NCBI GenBank assembly: GCA_963774265.1
Contig: CAVZDU010000003.1
Span: 160,001 to 224,000, forward strand
Length of the DNA: 64,000 nucleotides
Direction: 5' to 3'
Source of the DNA: an uncultured Chloroflexia bacterium
GTDB lineage: Bacteria; Chloroflexota; Anaerolineae; CG2-30-64-16
Within the stretch, counting starts at the first letter, position 1. Every line of letters starts with the position of its first letter. A program made the position numbers and the translations under genes. Positions 33,258 to 45,084 of this stretch are shown piece by piece. The notes beneath the pieces are model-generated. The model saw only the letters and a list, made by a program, of their open reading frames with translations, was not told where the DNA came from and ran no database searches.

Positions 33258-33765
33258 CAGGTCAGGGCTCCGCCGCGTTCATCAGTCGTCTCAGCCGCTG
33301 CGCTGTGCAGGTGGCAGATGGCAATGGCCACGGCATCCGCCGCATCGTCGGGCCGGGGGATGTGGTCCAGGTCGAGCAGCATGCGCACCATCTCCTGCAT
33401 CTGCCGCTTGTCAGCGCCGCCGTAACCCGACCAACGCCTGCTTGACCTCGGCGGGCTTGTATTCGTAGACCGCCAACCCCGCCTGCGCCGCGGCCAGCAA
33501 CACCACTCCCCGCGCCTGTCCAACCGTGAGCGCGGTCGTGACGTTGCGGCCGAAGAAGAGCTCCTCCACCGCCACCGCTTCCGGGCGATACTCGGCCATC
33601 AGCGCGCTCATCGCGGTGTAGAGCACATGCAGCCGCTCGGGCATCGGCTCCCCGGCTTCGGTCTCGATCACGCCATACGCACCAGGCGCACCTCGCCGCG
33701 CTCGTCCTCCGCCACCAGCCCATAGCCGGTCGTGGCGTGCCCGGATCAATCCCCAGGACGATCAC
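33257..33765 (-). CDS. ruvC: Holliday junction resolvase RuvC (apparent frameshifts)
   Basis: 'VLGIDPG', '[10 protein letters not shown]', 'QARGV', 'ADKRQ', 'PDDAADA.AIA'. Confidence 0.93.
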
Positions 33766-33766
33766 T

Positions 33767-34519
33767 CTACCTCGATCTGCTCCAGCGCTTCGTCGCGTGA
33801 TCTCCAGGTTCGAGTAGACCTTCGCCACGTCGTCCAGCTCTTCGAGCGCCTCGACCAGGTTCATCACCTGGAGCGTGTCGGCCGGCTTGAGCGAGACCTA
33901 GCGTCTTGGGCACCATGGCGACCTCGGCGTCCTCGATCTTGATACTTCGCATCCAGGAACGCCTGGCGCACGGTCTGCAGATCGCTCGGCAGGGTGTAGA
34001 TTTCGGCCACCTCTTCGCCGAACTGCACATCCTCTGCGCCCGCATCCAGCGCCAACTCGAAGACCTTGTCCTGGTCCTTCAGGCCCTCATCGCGACGGTG
34101 ATATAGCCCTTCTGGTCGAACAGCCAGCCACGCTGCCCGACTCGCCCAGGTTGCCGCCCCCGCGGGTCAGCGCGCGGCGGATTTCGGACACGGTGCGATT
34201 CTTGTTGTCGGTGACCACCTGGATGAAGATCGCCACGCCGTGCGGGCCGTAGCCCTCGTAGGTGACCTCTTCGAGCTGCCGCGCCATCGCTGTCCAGCCC
34301 GGCCCCGCGCTTGATGGCCCGCTCGATGTTGTCCTTGGGCATGTTCTCGGCCTTGGCCTTGTCGACGATCAGGCGCAGCCGGAAGTTGAAGTTGGGATCG
34401 CCGCCCTCGCGCGCCGCCAACTGGATTTCACGCGCCAGCTTGGTGAACATCTGCCCGCGCTTGGCATCGCGCGCGCCCTTCTTGCGCTTGATCGTGGCCC
34501 ATTTTGAATGTCCAGACAT
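33767..34519 (-). CDS. yebC: YebC/PmpR family protein (apparent frameshifts)
   Basis: '[14 protein letters not shown]', '[11 protein letters not shown]', 'YEGYGP.G', 'TDN.NRT', 'LEELDDV..VY.N'. Confidence 0.93.
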
Positions 34520-34601
34520 GAATGTATACCCCCTTGGTATGCGTCTGTTCCCATAGAGGCGCCTCTCGTGGACGCCCCGGGCGGTGCGCAATCGCCCGCC
34601 C

Positions 34602-36352
<1,751 letters not shown>

Positions 36353-36509
36353 GGATGTGTTCCTTGGAAGCTGAATCGGGCGCAGTATACCACGCCTGCG
36401 ATCAAAGTCATAACTCAGGCGCATCGAAGTCTCTTTGCCCGACCTTCAGTTCTGTGGTAGAGTCGTGTCGGAGCCGGTGGAACCCGACCCCTAGATTGGA
36501 GACCTCCCT

Positions 36510-39509
36510 TTGCCGCGCACCTACGTCGCGCTGGACCTTGAAACCACCGGACTTAATCCCGAAAAGGATGCCATTATCGAGGTCGGCGTCGTCAAATATC
36601 GAGATGGCCAACCGGTCGAAGAATTCGACACGCTCATCAACCCGGGCCGCCCGATCCCTTACGAGATCACCCTTATCACAGGCATTCGCAACGAGGACGT
36701 GCTCGGCAAGCCCTCGTTCGAGCGGATCGCCGTCGCATTGGAGCGGTTCGTCGGGTCCGCGGTCATCGTCGGTCACAACATCAGCTTCGACCTGGGGTTC
36801 CTGCGCGCGAAGGGGCTGTTCATCGAGAACCAGGGGTTGGACACCTGGGAGCTCGCTTCGGTCCTGATCCCTGCGCGTCCCTCCTACAGCCTCGGCAGCC
36901 TGGCCGTCCATTTCGGCATCCCTTCGCCCAGCCAGCACCGGGCGCTCAACGACGCGGAGGTCAGCGGCAGGCTCTTCGAGATCCTCTGTGAGCATGCCGG
37001 TCTGCTGCCCAAGGGAGTCCTGGCGGAGATTGTCCGGCTGGTGCATCGGAGCAACTGGCCCCTGGCCGAGGTCTTCATGGATGCAGCGCGGGCCGCGGGG
37101 CTGAATCGCGTTGCTGCTTCAGCTCCGCCCCTGGAACAAGTCGTCCCCTCGTGCAGCTTGTTTGACGCCTGGCAGTGCGCCGAGCCGATGACCCTCAACG
37201 ATCAATCCACGCCGGTCGATGTCGAGGAGCTGGCCGCCATGCTCCAGCCGGGCGGCGTATTTGCAGATCTCTTCCCGACCTACGAGCACCGTCCCCAGCA
37301 GGTGCAGATGCTCGAGGCCGTGGCCGAGGCCTTCAATATCGGGCATCATCTCATGGTCGAGGCCGGCACCGGCACCGGTAAGTCGGTCGCCTATCTCCTG
37401 CCAGCCATCGCTCACGCGGCCCAAAACAATGACCGGGTAGTCATCAGCACCAACACCATCAACCTGCAGGACCAGCTCTTTCGTAAGGATCTGCCCGACC
37501 TGCAGCGCGTGCTCGAACGCGCATGGGCGCGGAGCGAGCCGTTCCGGGCCACCCTGCTGAAGGGCCGCAGCAACTACCTGTGCACCGAGCGCTTCGAGTC
37601 GTTGCGCAGCCAGACCTCTCTGACGAACGACGAGCTGCGCGGTATGGTGCGCATCCTCTGTTGGTTGACCCAGACGCAGACGGGCGACCAGGCGGAGCTC
37701 TCCCTGCCCTTGCAGAGCGACCGCACGGTGTGGGGACAGGTGTCCGCTGCCAGTGAGGGGTGCTCGCTGGACCGGTGTGAGCGGGAGGTGCACGGCCGCT
37801 GTTACTTCTACCGCGCACGCAAGGCGGCTGAGGCGGCTCACGTGATCGTGGTCAACCACGCGCTGCTCATGGCCGATGCCGCGACCCAAAACCGGGTGCT
37901 CCCCGAATATCATCGGCTGATCGTCGATGAGGCGCACCACCTCGAGAACGCGGTCACGGAGCAGCTGTCGTTCCGCGCAGACAGGCTCTCGCTGGGCACC
38001 TGGCTGAGTGCGCTGTTTTCCCCGGGGAGCGGTGTGGGAGCCGGGAACGCCACGAGACGTCCTTCGACTGGGCCCGCCGGCTCTGCTCAGGATGCCTTGT
38101 GGGGCCAGGGCGCCGACACGACTGCGCCTGCCGGCTTCACTCAGGATGCTCATGTTGGGGTCCGCACCGGGTTGCTCGGCGACATCTCTGAGGCGCTCCG
38201 CCCCCACCTGCCGCCGCACATCTTCGAGCCCATCCAGAACGCTATTATTCAGACGCAGGCCGATGTGGCGGCCGCGCGCTCCCGGTTGGATTTCTTCTGG
38301 CAGGTGATCGAGGAATTCGTGCTAGATGCTGCGCCGCGCGGCGAGCGTGACGAGTACGACACGCGACTGCGCATCAACTCCGCTGTGCGCGCCCAGCCCG
38401 TTTGGGTCGATGTTGAGATCGCGTGGGACAACCTGGGCGCCGCGTGGCAGTTGCTGACGGATGACCTGGACGCGGTCAAGGTCGCGCTGCAGGATGTGCT
38501 GGTCGCCATGCCCGAGACCCGGCAGCTGGAACGGCTCACCGGCGAGCTGGTGGGAATCATGGCCCGGCTGGCCGAGACGGCCGCCGCGTTGGAAACCTGG
38601 GTGATGAGGCCAGACGGCAACCAGGTCTGTTGGGTGGAAGTGAACAACGGCGAGCGACAGCGCCGGCCGGTTTTGCGCATGGCGCCGGTGCATGTCGGCA
38701 ACCTCGTGCAGGACAACATCCTCTTTCGAAACGACACCGTCATCCTGACCTCAGCCACGCTGCGCACGGCCGGCTCATTCGACTACGTGCGAGACCGGCT
38801 GGCCGCGGTGGACGCAGACGTGACGTTCGTCGGCTCGCCCTTCGATTATAAGGAGAGCACGCTGCTCTACCTGCCCACCGATCTGCCTGAGCCCAACATG
38901 CCGGCCTTCCAGAACGTGGTCGAGAACGCGCTGGTCGCGCTGGCCAAGGCGTTGGAGGGTCGGACGCTGGCCCTGTTCACCAGCTACGCGCAGCTCAAGC
39001 GAACGGCCAGCGCGATCGGCCCGGCGCTGACCCAGGCGGGGATCACCGTCCTGGCGCAAGGCGCGGGCAGCTCACGCCACCAGTTGCTGGAGACGTTCAA
39101 GACGTCGAACAAGATGGTGCTGCTGGGCACGCGGAGCTTCTGGGAGGGGGTGGATGTGGTGGGACCGGCGCTCAGTGCGTTGGTGCTCGTGCGGCTGCCT
39201 TTCGCCGTGCCGAGCGACCCCATCGTGGCTGCGCGGTCGGAGACATTTGACGACCCGTTCCACCACTACCAGGTGCCCGACGCGATCCTGCGCTTCCGTC
39301 AGGGCTTCGGCCGGTTGATTCGCAGCAAGACCGACCGCGGCGTCGTTGTGGTCATGGACAAGCGTGTCACATCGAAGGGCTACGGGAAACTGTTCCTGGA
39401 GAGCCTGCCTGAGTGCACGGTCCAGCAGGCGCCGCTGATGAACCTGCCCCAGGTCGCGAAGGCGTGGGTGGATGCATCGGATGCCTCTTCAGGGCATCCG
39501 ATGCCGTAA
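36510..39509 (+). CDS. dinG: DinG-family helicase with N-terminal DEDDh (DnaQ-like) exonuclease
   Basis: 'ALDLETTG', 'GHNISFD', 'HRALND', 'EAGTGTGKS', 'KGRSNYLC', 'DEAHH', 'SFWEGVD', 'QGFGRLIR'. Confidence 0.95.
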   Translation: MPRTYVALDLETTGLNPEKDAIIEVGVVKYRDGQPVEEFDTLINPGRPIPYEITLITGIRNEDVLGKPSFERIAVALERFVGSAVIVGHNISFDLGFLRAKGLFIENQGLDTWELASVLIPARPSYSLGSLAVHFGIPSPSQHRALNDAEVSGRLFEILCEHAGLLPKGVLAEIVRLVHRSNWPLAEVFMDAARAAGLNRVAASAPPLEQVVPSCSLFDAWQCAEPMTLNDQSTPVDVEELAAMLQPGGVFADLFPTYEHRPQQVQMLEAVAEAFNIGHHLMVEAGTGTGKSVAYLLPAIAHAAQNNDRVVISTNTINLQDQLFRKDLPDLQRVLERAWARSEPFRATLLKGRSNYLCTERFESLRSQTSLTNDELRGMVRILCWLTQTQTGDQAELSLPLQSDRTVWGQVSAASEGCSLDRCEREVHGRCYFYRARKAAEAAHVIVVNHALLMADAATQNRVLPEYHRLIVDEAHHLENAVTEQLSFRADRLSLGTWLSALFSPGSGVGAGNATRRPSTGPAGSAQDALWGQGADTTAPAGFTQDAHVGVRTGLLGDISEALRPHLPPHIFEPIQNAIIQTQADVAAARSRLDFFWQVIEEFVLDAAPRGERDEYDTRLRINSAVRAQPVWVDVEIAWDNLGAAWQLLTDDLDAVKVALQDVLVAMPETRQLERLTGELVGIMARLAETAAALETWVMRPDGNQVCWVEVNNGERQRRPVLRMAPVHVGNLVQDNILFRNDTVILTSATLRTAGSFDYVRDRLAAVDADVTFVGSPFDYKESTLLYLPTDLPEPNMPAFQNVVENALVALAKALEGRTLALFTSYAQLKRTASAIGPALTQAGITVLAQGAGSSRHQLLETFKTSNKMVLLGTRSFWEGVDVVGPALSALVLVRLPFAVPSDPIVAARSETFDDPFHHYQVPDAILRFRQGFGRLIRSKTDRGVVVVMDKRVTSKGYGKLFLESLPECTVQQAPLMNLPQVAKAWVDASDASSGHPMP

Positions 39510-39512
39510 GCC

Positions 39513-40775
39513 CTACGCTCGCGCGCCCATCTCCACCGCCACTACATCATAATAAGTCCCCGCGCCAAACCCGTCGAACAGCACATGGTCGCCCGTGCGC
39601 AGTTCGCGCAGCTTGCGGAGGAAGGCGATCATCGCTGAGGCCGCGCTGACGTTGCCGAAGTCGCTCAGCAGCCACGGCATGGGGAAGGAGATGCCCTCCT
39701 TCTGCAACTGCTTCGCCTTCAACAGGTTGATCTTGTAGTTCGCGTGGTGGACGATGGCCACGGCAATGTCCTTGCCGGGAGTCCCCTGGCGGCCCATGCG
39801 GTCACGGTACGCGCCGTAGGTCGAACGCACCGCGCTGACGCCGCTGCGCACGAACAGCTTGACCATGCCCATCGGGCCGGCCATCACCACCGGACCCGCG
39901 CCAACTGCCGGTTCGTGTTGCAGCCCGGCAAAGCGCAGCGAGTGCGCGCCCGTCTCCTGCACTTCGAGCAGGGACGCCCGGGAGTGCGGGTAGGTCATCC
40001 GGACCTGGAGCAGCCCCTCCGTGTCGTAGACCTCCTGGCTGCCGCCCGCGATGAACTCCATAGTCTGGCCGGGAATCAGGCCGAACATGCCCGCGCCATT
40101 GCCGAAGAGTTGGAGCGCTTGCGCGTCCTGCGTTTGGCGCATGACCCGGCTCAGCCCCTCGATGCCGCCCACCAGCACCTTCTTGCCCCGCAGCGCCTGG
40201 GCCAGGTTATGGCCCAAACCGGCCTCCGGGTTCAGCGCCAGGTTGAGCGCGGCCACTGAGCCATCACACGCCTTGTGGACGCTGACCTTCAAGCTGCGCT
40301 CGGGCACGCCTGCCTTGGCGGCGATGCGCTCGACATAATCCTGGCAGACCGGCGTCGTGATGCCGACTAGCAGCGCGTCTACTTCGGCCGGCTCCCACCC
40401 CGCGGCGTGGCTGGCCTCGGTGATGAAGCGCGCCCCGACCTCGATCTCGAGGTCCAGGTGTTCCTGGGCAGACAAGGCCGGCACGTGGTGCCGGTACAGG
40501 AAGCCTAGCTCGCCTACGTTCAACGGTCCATTGTCGCCGATGGAGTGGCCCAGGATGCTCTCCACCGTCGCGGTCAGTTCTGCGTTCGGGCAGCAGGCGC
40601 CCCACGTACCATACGCGCCGCCAAGGCCCACGGCGGGATTTGCCGCTTGCTCGATACCCAGGGGCACGCCCGGCCCCACGTCGATTGTTTCCACGTGTAC
40701 GCCCGGTCGCTCGAAGAATGAAGTGGCCGCCGTCGTCTCGCCTGTCTGCGCTGTGCTCTCGTTCATCTGCTCCAT
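39513..40775 (-). CDS. Divergent FabH/KAS III-like condensing enzyme (thiolase fold)
   Basis: 'KACDG' (Cys), 'LFGNGA', 'HHAN', 'FGNVSAAS', 'GFGAG'. Confidence 0.75.
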   Translation of the reverse strand: MEQMNESTAQTGETTAATSFFERPGVHVETIDVGPGVPLGIEQAANPAVGLGGAYGTWGACCPNAELTATVESILGHSIGDNGPLNVGELGFLYRHHVPALSAQEHLDLEIEVGARFITEASHAAGWEPAEVDALLVGITTPVCQDYVERIAAKAGVPERSLKVSVHKACDGSVAALNLALNPEAGLGHNLAQALRGKKVLVGGIEGLSRVMRQTQDAQALQLFGNGAGMFGLIPGQTMEFIAGGSQEVYDTEGLLQVRMTYPHSRASLLEVQETGAHSLRFAGLQHEPAVGAGPVVMAGPMGMVKLFVRSGVSAVRSTYGAYRDRMGRQGTPGKDIAVAIVHHANYKINLLKAKQLQKEGISFPMPWLLSDFGNVSAASAMIAFLRKLRELRTGDHVLFDGFGAGTYYDVVAVEMGARA

Positions 40776-40826
40776 CCCATATCTACGATAGGCCGCTTTG
40801 GTCCGGTCCTATATCGGTATAACACC

Positions 40827-43103
40827 TTAACCTAAACATAGTAGCGCAGAAAGGTCGTACGAGCTAATTTCGACGGGCCTCTGACGGGCTATGCGTGCGA
40901 AGGCGTGCTGAACAGGACCAGGCTGCGTGCCTTCCAGTTTGTACTTCGTGCCTCCCTTGGCCGAATGGCGCCGGGTCGGAGGCAGCGCCTCCCGCGTGTC
41001 CAGCAGCACCTCCCACCGGTTCCCGCCTGACTGAACGGGCAGGACGAACGAGACGGCCTTCCAGGTGGGGTTGAGCAGGATCAGCAGCGTATCGTCGACG
41101 ACAGGACTGCCCCGTCGGTCGACCTCATCGATCGCATCGCCGGCCAGGCGGAGGCCGAGCGCGGCGGCCGTCTTTGGCTTGCCAGTCTGCGTCGACCATC
41201 TCTTGACCGTCGGGCCGGAACCAGGTCAGGTCCTTGACCTCGGAGCCGAGAATCTGGCCGGCCCTGGAAGAACGTGCGGCGGCGCAGGCCGGGATGCTGC
41301 TGGTTCAGGCGAACCAGGTATCGGGTGAACTCCAGCAGCTCTTCTCCGGGCGGTCGATGTTCCAATCGATCCAGGAGGTCTCGTTGTCCTGGCAGTAGGC
41401 ATTGTTGTTGCCGCGCTGGGTGCGGGCAATCTCGTCGCCGGCCTGGAGCATGGCGACGCCCTGGGACAACATCAGCGTGGCCAGGAAGTTGCGCATCTGG
41501 CGGCCGCGCAGCGCCAGGATGGCCGGATCGTCTGTCGGGCCTTCGACGCCGCAGTTCCAGCTTTCGTTGTCGTTCGTCCCGTCGCGGTTGCCCTCGCCGT
41601 TGGCGTCGTTGTGCTTCTCATTGTAGCTAACCAGGTCGGCCAGGGTGAAGCCATCGTGCGCGGTGACGAAGTTGATGCTGGCATAAGGGTGGCGGCCGCC
41701 CTTCTCATAGAGGTCCGGGCTGCCTGTCAGGCGATAGGCCATGCTTCCCACCTGCCCGGCATCGCCCTTCCAGAACCTACGGACCGTGTCCCGGTAGATG
41801 CCGTTCCACTCCGCCCACAGCACAGGGAAGTTGCCTACCTGGTAGCCCCCGGGGCCGGTGTCCCATGGCTCCGCAATCAGCTTCACCTGGGACAGCACGG
41901 GGTCCTGGTGGATGATGTCGAAGAAGGCGCCCAGCCGGTCGACTTCATGCAGCCCGCGCGCCAGCGCCGAGGCCAGGTCGAAGCGGAAGCCATCCACGTG
42001 CATCTCCAGGGCCCAATACCGCAGGCTGTCCATGATGAGCTGTAAGGTGCGCGGATTGACCGCGTTCAGCGTGTTGCCTGTGCCCGTATAATCGAAATAA
42101 TAGCGCGGATTGTCGCCGACCAGCCGGTAGTATGCCGCGTTGTCGATGCCCTTGAAGCAGACGGTGGGACCCAGGTGGTTGCCCTCGCCGGTGTGATTGT
42201 AGACGACGTCCAGGATCACCTCGATCCCCTCTCGGTGCAGCGTCCTCACCAGGGTCTTGAACTCAGTAACCTGTTGGCCCAACATGCCGCTGCTGCTGAA
42301 GCGGCTGTCCGGTGCGAAGAAACCGACGGAGTTGTAGCCCCAGTAGTTGGTGAGTCCTTTGTCGAGCAAGGACTTGTCGATCAGGCACTGGTGCACCGGC
42401 ATCAACTCGACGGCGGTCACGTCCAGTTTCAGCAGGTGTTCGAGGATCGCCGGGTGGGTGAGCCCGGCATACGTTCCGCGCAGCTCTGGAGGGACGGACG
42501 GATGGCGCGATCGGTGAAACCCTTGACGTGCATCTCATAGATCAGGGTCCTGTGCCAGGGCGTGTGCGGGGGCGAGTCGTTGCCCCAGCTGAACGCGGGA
42601 TCCACCACCATCGATCTGGGCATGTTTGGCCCGCTATCGCGTTCATCGAACGAGAGATCACCCTTAGGATCTCCGATTATGTAGCTAAACAGGGTATTGT
42701 CCCATTTCACGTGGCCCGAGATCGCTTTGGCGTAGGGGTCCATCAGGAGTTTGTTGGGGTTGAAGCGCTGACCGATCTCGGGCGTGTAGGGGCCGTGGAC
42801 CCGATAGCCGTACAACTGACCCGGCCGGATCGAGGGCAGGTAGGCATGCCAGACGTGGTCGGTGTACTCGGGCATGCGGATGCGTTCGAACTCCTGGCTC
42901 GCCTTCGGGGCCATCGAACAGGCAGAGGTCCACGGCGGTCGCGTTCTGAGAGAACAACGCGAAGTTGACGCCGGCACCATCCCATGTGGCGCCAAGCGGA
43001 TAAGGCCTGCCCGGCCAGATGGGCGTGCGGCGCTGGCCTGGGGCGACCGTGTTGTCGGGCGCCGGCTGGGGAATCGGTTGAGCTGGTAACATCTCCCCTC
43101 CAT
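40827..43103 (-). CDS. glgX: Glycogen debranching enzyme GlgX (apparent frameshifts; ends approximate)
   Basis: '[19 protein letters not shown]', 'FNP.KLL.DPY', 'IYE.HVKGFT', 'NYWGY', 'DGFRFDLA', 'AEPWD', '[10 protein letters not shown]'. Confidence 0.95.
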
Positions 43104-43160
43104 TGATCCATAGTCGCGGTTCGGGTCCTGCGGGGCCTCGAAGGTCCACTCCCGAGATGA

Positions 43161-43817
43161 TCAGGGAACTATCGCGATCTCCGCCAACCCTGCCAGCGTG
43201 AGGATGTCCTCGGTGTAGGCTGCCACCCGCATTGTTGAATCCATATAGGCATAGCTGTTGAGCCGGCCTGCCCATGTCACCGAATCCCCGATGCGGCGAT
43301 AGGGATACCCGTCGACCCCCTCTAGTTGGGCGCCCTCGTCTGACTTCCCGCGGAACACGATCGTGGTCCCGGGGATCCGGTCACCCTTGCGCACGGTGTA
43401 GCCCGTGGCGACCTTATAGGTGTACTGCGCTCCGGCAGGCACGGCTGCGGGCTGTGGGTTCGCGCCGCTGATCGTCACGTGGACCGTACCCACCGTCTGC
43501 AAACGCGAAGCGTCTGCCAGGATGATGCGCAGCGGCATGGAGACATCAACACCGGGCGCAAGCGTCGCCTTCCAATCCAGCGAGTCCCCCTGCTTCTTGA
43601 CCGCGGCCTGGTCATTGATCAAAACCTCGGCCCCCAGGTCCGAGTAGCCGACAAAGCGGATGTTGGAGCCCGGGATGCTCTCGCCCATGCCGATGGTCTG
43701 CTCGGTCGCGCCGTCGAACTTCAGCACGCTGCCGCCCCCGCCGCCGGGGATGAATGAACAGCCGGCGACGATCATGGCCAACAGCAGGGCCGCCGGAATA
43801 GACAAACGTCGAATCAT
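43161..43817 (-). CDS. Lipoprotein with an internal duplicated domain, function unknown
   Basis: Lipobox 'IVAGC'; two similar halves 'G..IPG..I.F.G.SD.GA......GDS..W'. Confidence 0.7.
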   Translation of the reverse strand: MIRRLSIPAALLLAMIVAGCSFIPGGGGGSVLKFDGATEQTIGMGESIPGSNIRFVGYSDLGAEVLINDQAAVKKQGDSLDWKATLAPGVDVSMPLRIILADASRLQTVGTVHVTISGANPQPAAVPAGAQYTYKVATGYTVRKGDRIPGTTIVFRGKSDEGAQLEGVDGYPYRRIGDSVTWAGRLNSYAYMDSTMRVAAYTEDILTLAGLAEIAIVP

Positions 43818-43830
43818 GTCGCTGCTCCTT

Positions 43831-45084
43831 CTAGGCATCGGTTTCAACCGATGCCGCCTCAACCGGTGGTGGCGCCATCTCTACAAGCCGCCCCGGCAAA
43901 GCCGCCAAGGACACCAGGCTGCCCACCAACGCGGCCCCCAATAGGGCGACGAACACAACAGCCGGCAAGTTCCCCCCCATGGCAGTTGCATTCGGCGGCC
44001 GGCTGCTCACCCCGAGACCCAGCCACGCGACGGTCACCGCACCGCCGTTCCATATCCCGTGCAAAAGAATCGAGACACCAAAAAGCGCGAGCGCCTTGCC
44101 CCAGCGCCTCTGCACCAGGCCGGTCTGCCACCCCAGCCCAGCCAGCGCGGAGGCCAGCACGTGGATCACCGCGACCCCGCTGCGAGCGGCCATCGCAATT
44201 GCCCAGCCCGATGGCTGAATCAGCGCCATCGCGCCGTTAGTGATGCCCTCGATCAGGGTGAATCCGGCGCCCGCGGCCGCGCCCAGCAAAAACGCGTCCA
44301 GTCGGGTCAGCGTGCGGCCCGACGCGTATACCAGGGGGACGGCCAGCGACTTGACGAATTCCTCGATCGCTGGGATGAGGACGGCCACCAGGAGCAGCCC
44401 GCCGGCCAGGACCACTGGCGATTTGAGGAGCGGCGCCAGGGCATCGAGCGTTTCCCCTCCGGCGCCGCCCGCGCCCTGGAAAACCCGGGCCGCGTCCTCG
44501 ACCCAGGTCGGGTTGATCGCATTGAGGACGAGAATGGCGGCAATCACGATCCCGGCCACCAGAATGACCTCGATGATCCCGGCCAGCCCCACGCCGCCCA
44601 ACGCGCCCCACGCCAGGCTCCCTACCCCGGCGCGGCGGCTGATCGCCCATCCCCGCCGTCGAGCGGCCCCTACGGGGATGGCGAGCATCAGCAGGCTGGC
44701 CAGGATGGCGGTGAGGATGTGGCTGAGCGCGACCGCCGGTTCGGCGCCGAGGTTAAACAGGGCTTGCCCGCCCGCCAGGACCACGACCAGCGCCAGGAGA
44801 AGCCAGCCCCACGCGGGCAGGCGGAAGGGCGCGGCGGGCCTGTCCGCCAGGCCGCGACCAGCGTGCCACGCCGCCAGCAGACCCAGCGCCGGCGCGACGC
44901 TGGCCAGCGACAGAGCCAGGACGCCCAGCATCAAGCCCTGACCATTCAGCACGCCGCGGCCCAGGATCATGAGCGCGGCCAGGACCACAGCCATGATCAG
45001 CGAGCCGGCCGCCGCGACGATGCCGCCGATCAAGGTCAGGCTAAGCAGTGTACGTCTCATCCGTTGATCCGTTTCGCGCCTCAT
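43831..45084 (-). CDS. PrsW-family intramembrane metalloprotease
   Basis: 'P.IEEFVK', 'GAGF.L.E', 'H.LAS', 'LHGIWN'; multiple TM segments. Confidence 0.85.
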   Translation of the reverse strand: MRRETDQRMRRTLLSLTLIGGIVAAAGSLIMAVVLAALMILGRGVLNGQGLMLGVLALSLASVAPALGLLAAWHAGRGLADRPAAPFRLPAWGWLLLALVVVLAGGQALFNLGAEPAVALSHILTAILASLLMLAIPVGAARRRGWAISRRAGVGSLAWGALGGVGLAGIIEVILVAGIVIAAILVLNAINPTWVEDAARVFQGAGGAGGETLDALAPLLKSPVVLAGGLLLVAVLIPAIEEFVKSLAVPLVYASGRTLTRLDAFLLGAAAGAGFTLIEGITNGAMALIQPSGWAIAMAARSGVAVIHVLASALAGLGWQTGLVQRRWGKALALFGVSILLHGIWNGGAVTVAWLGLGVSSRPPNATAMGGNLPAVVFVALLGAALVGSLVSLAALPGRLVEMAPPPVEAASVETDA

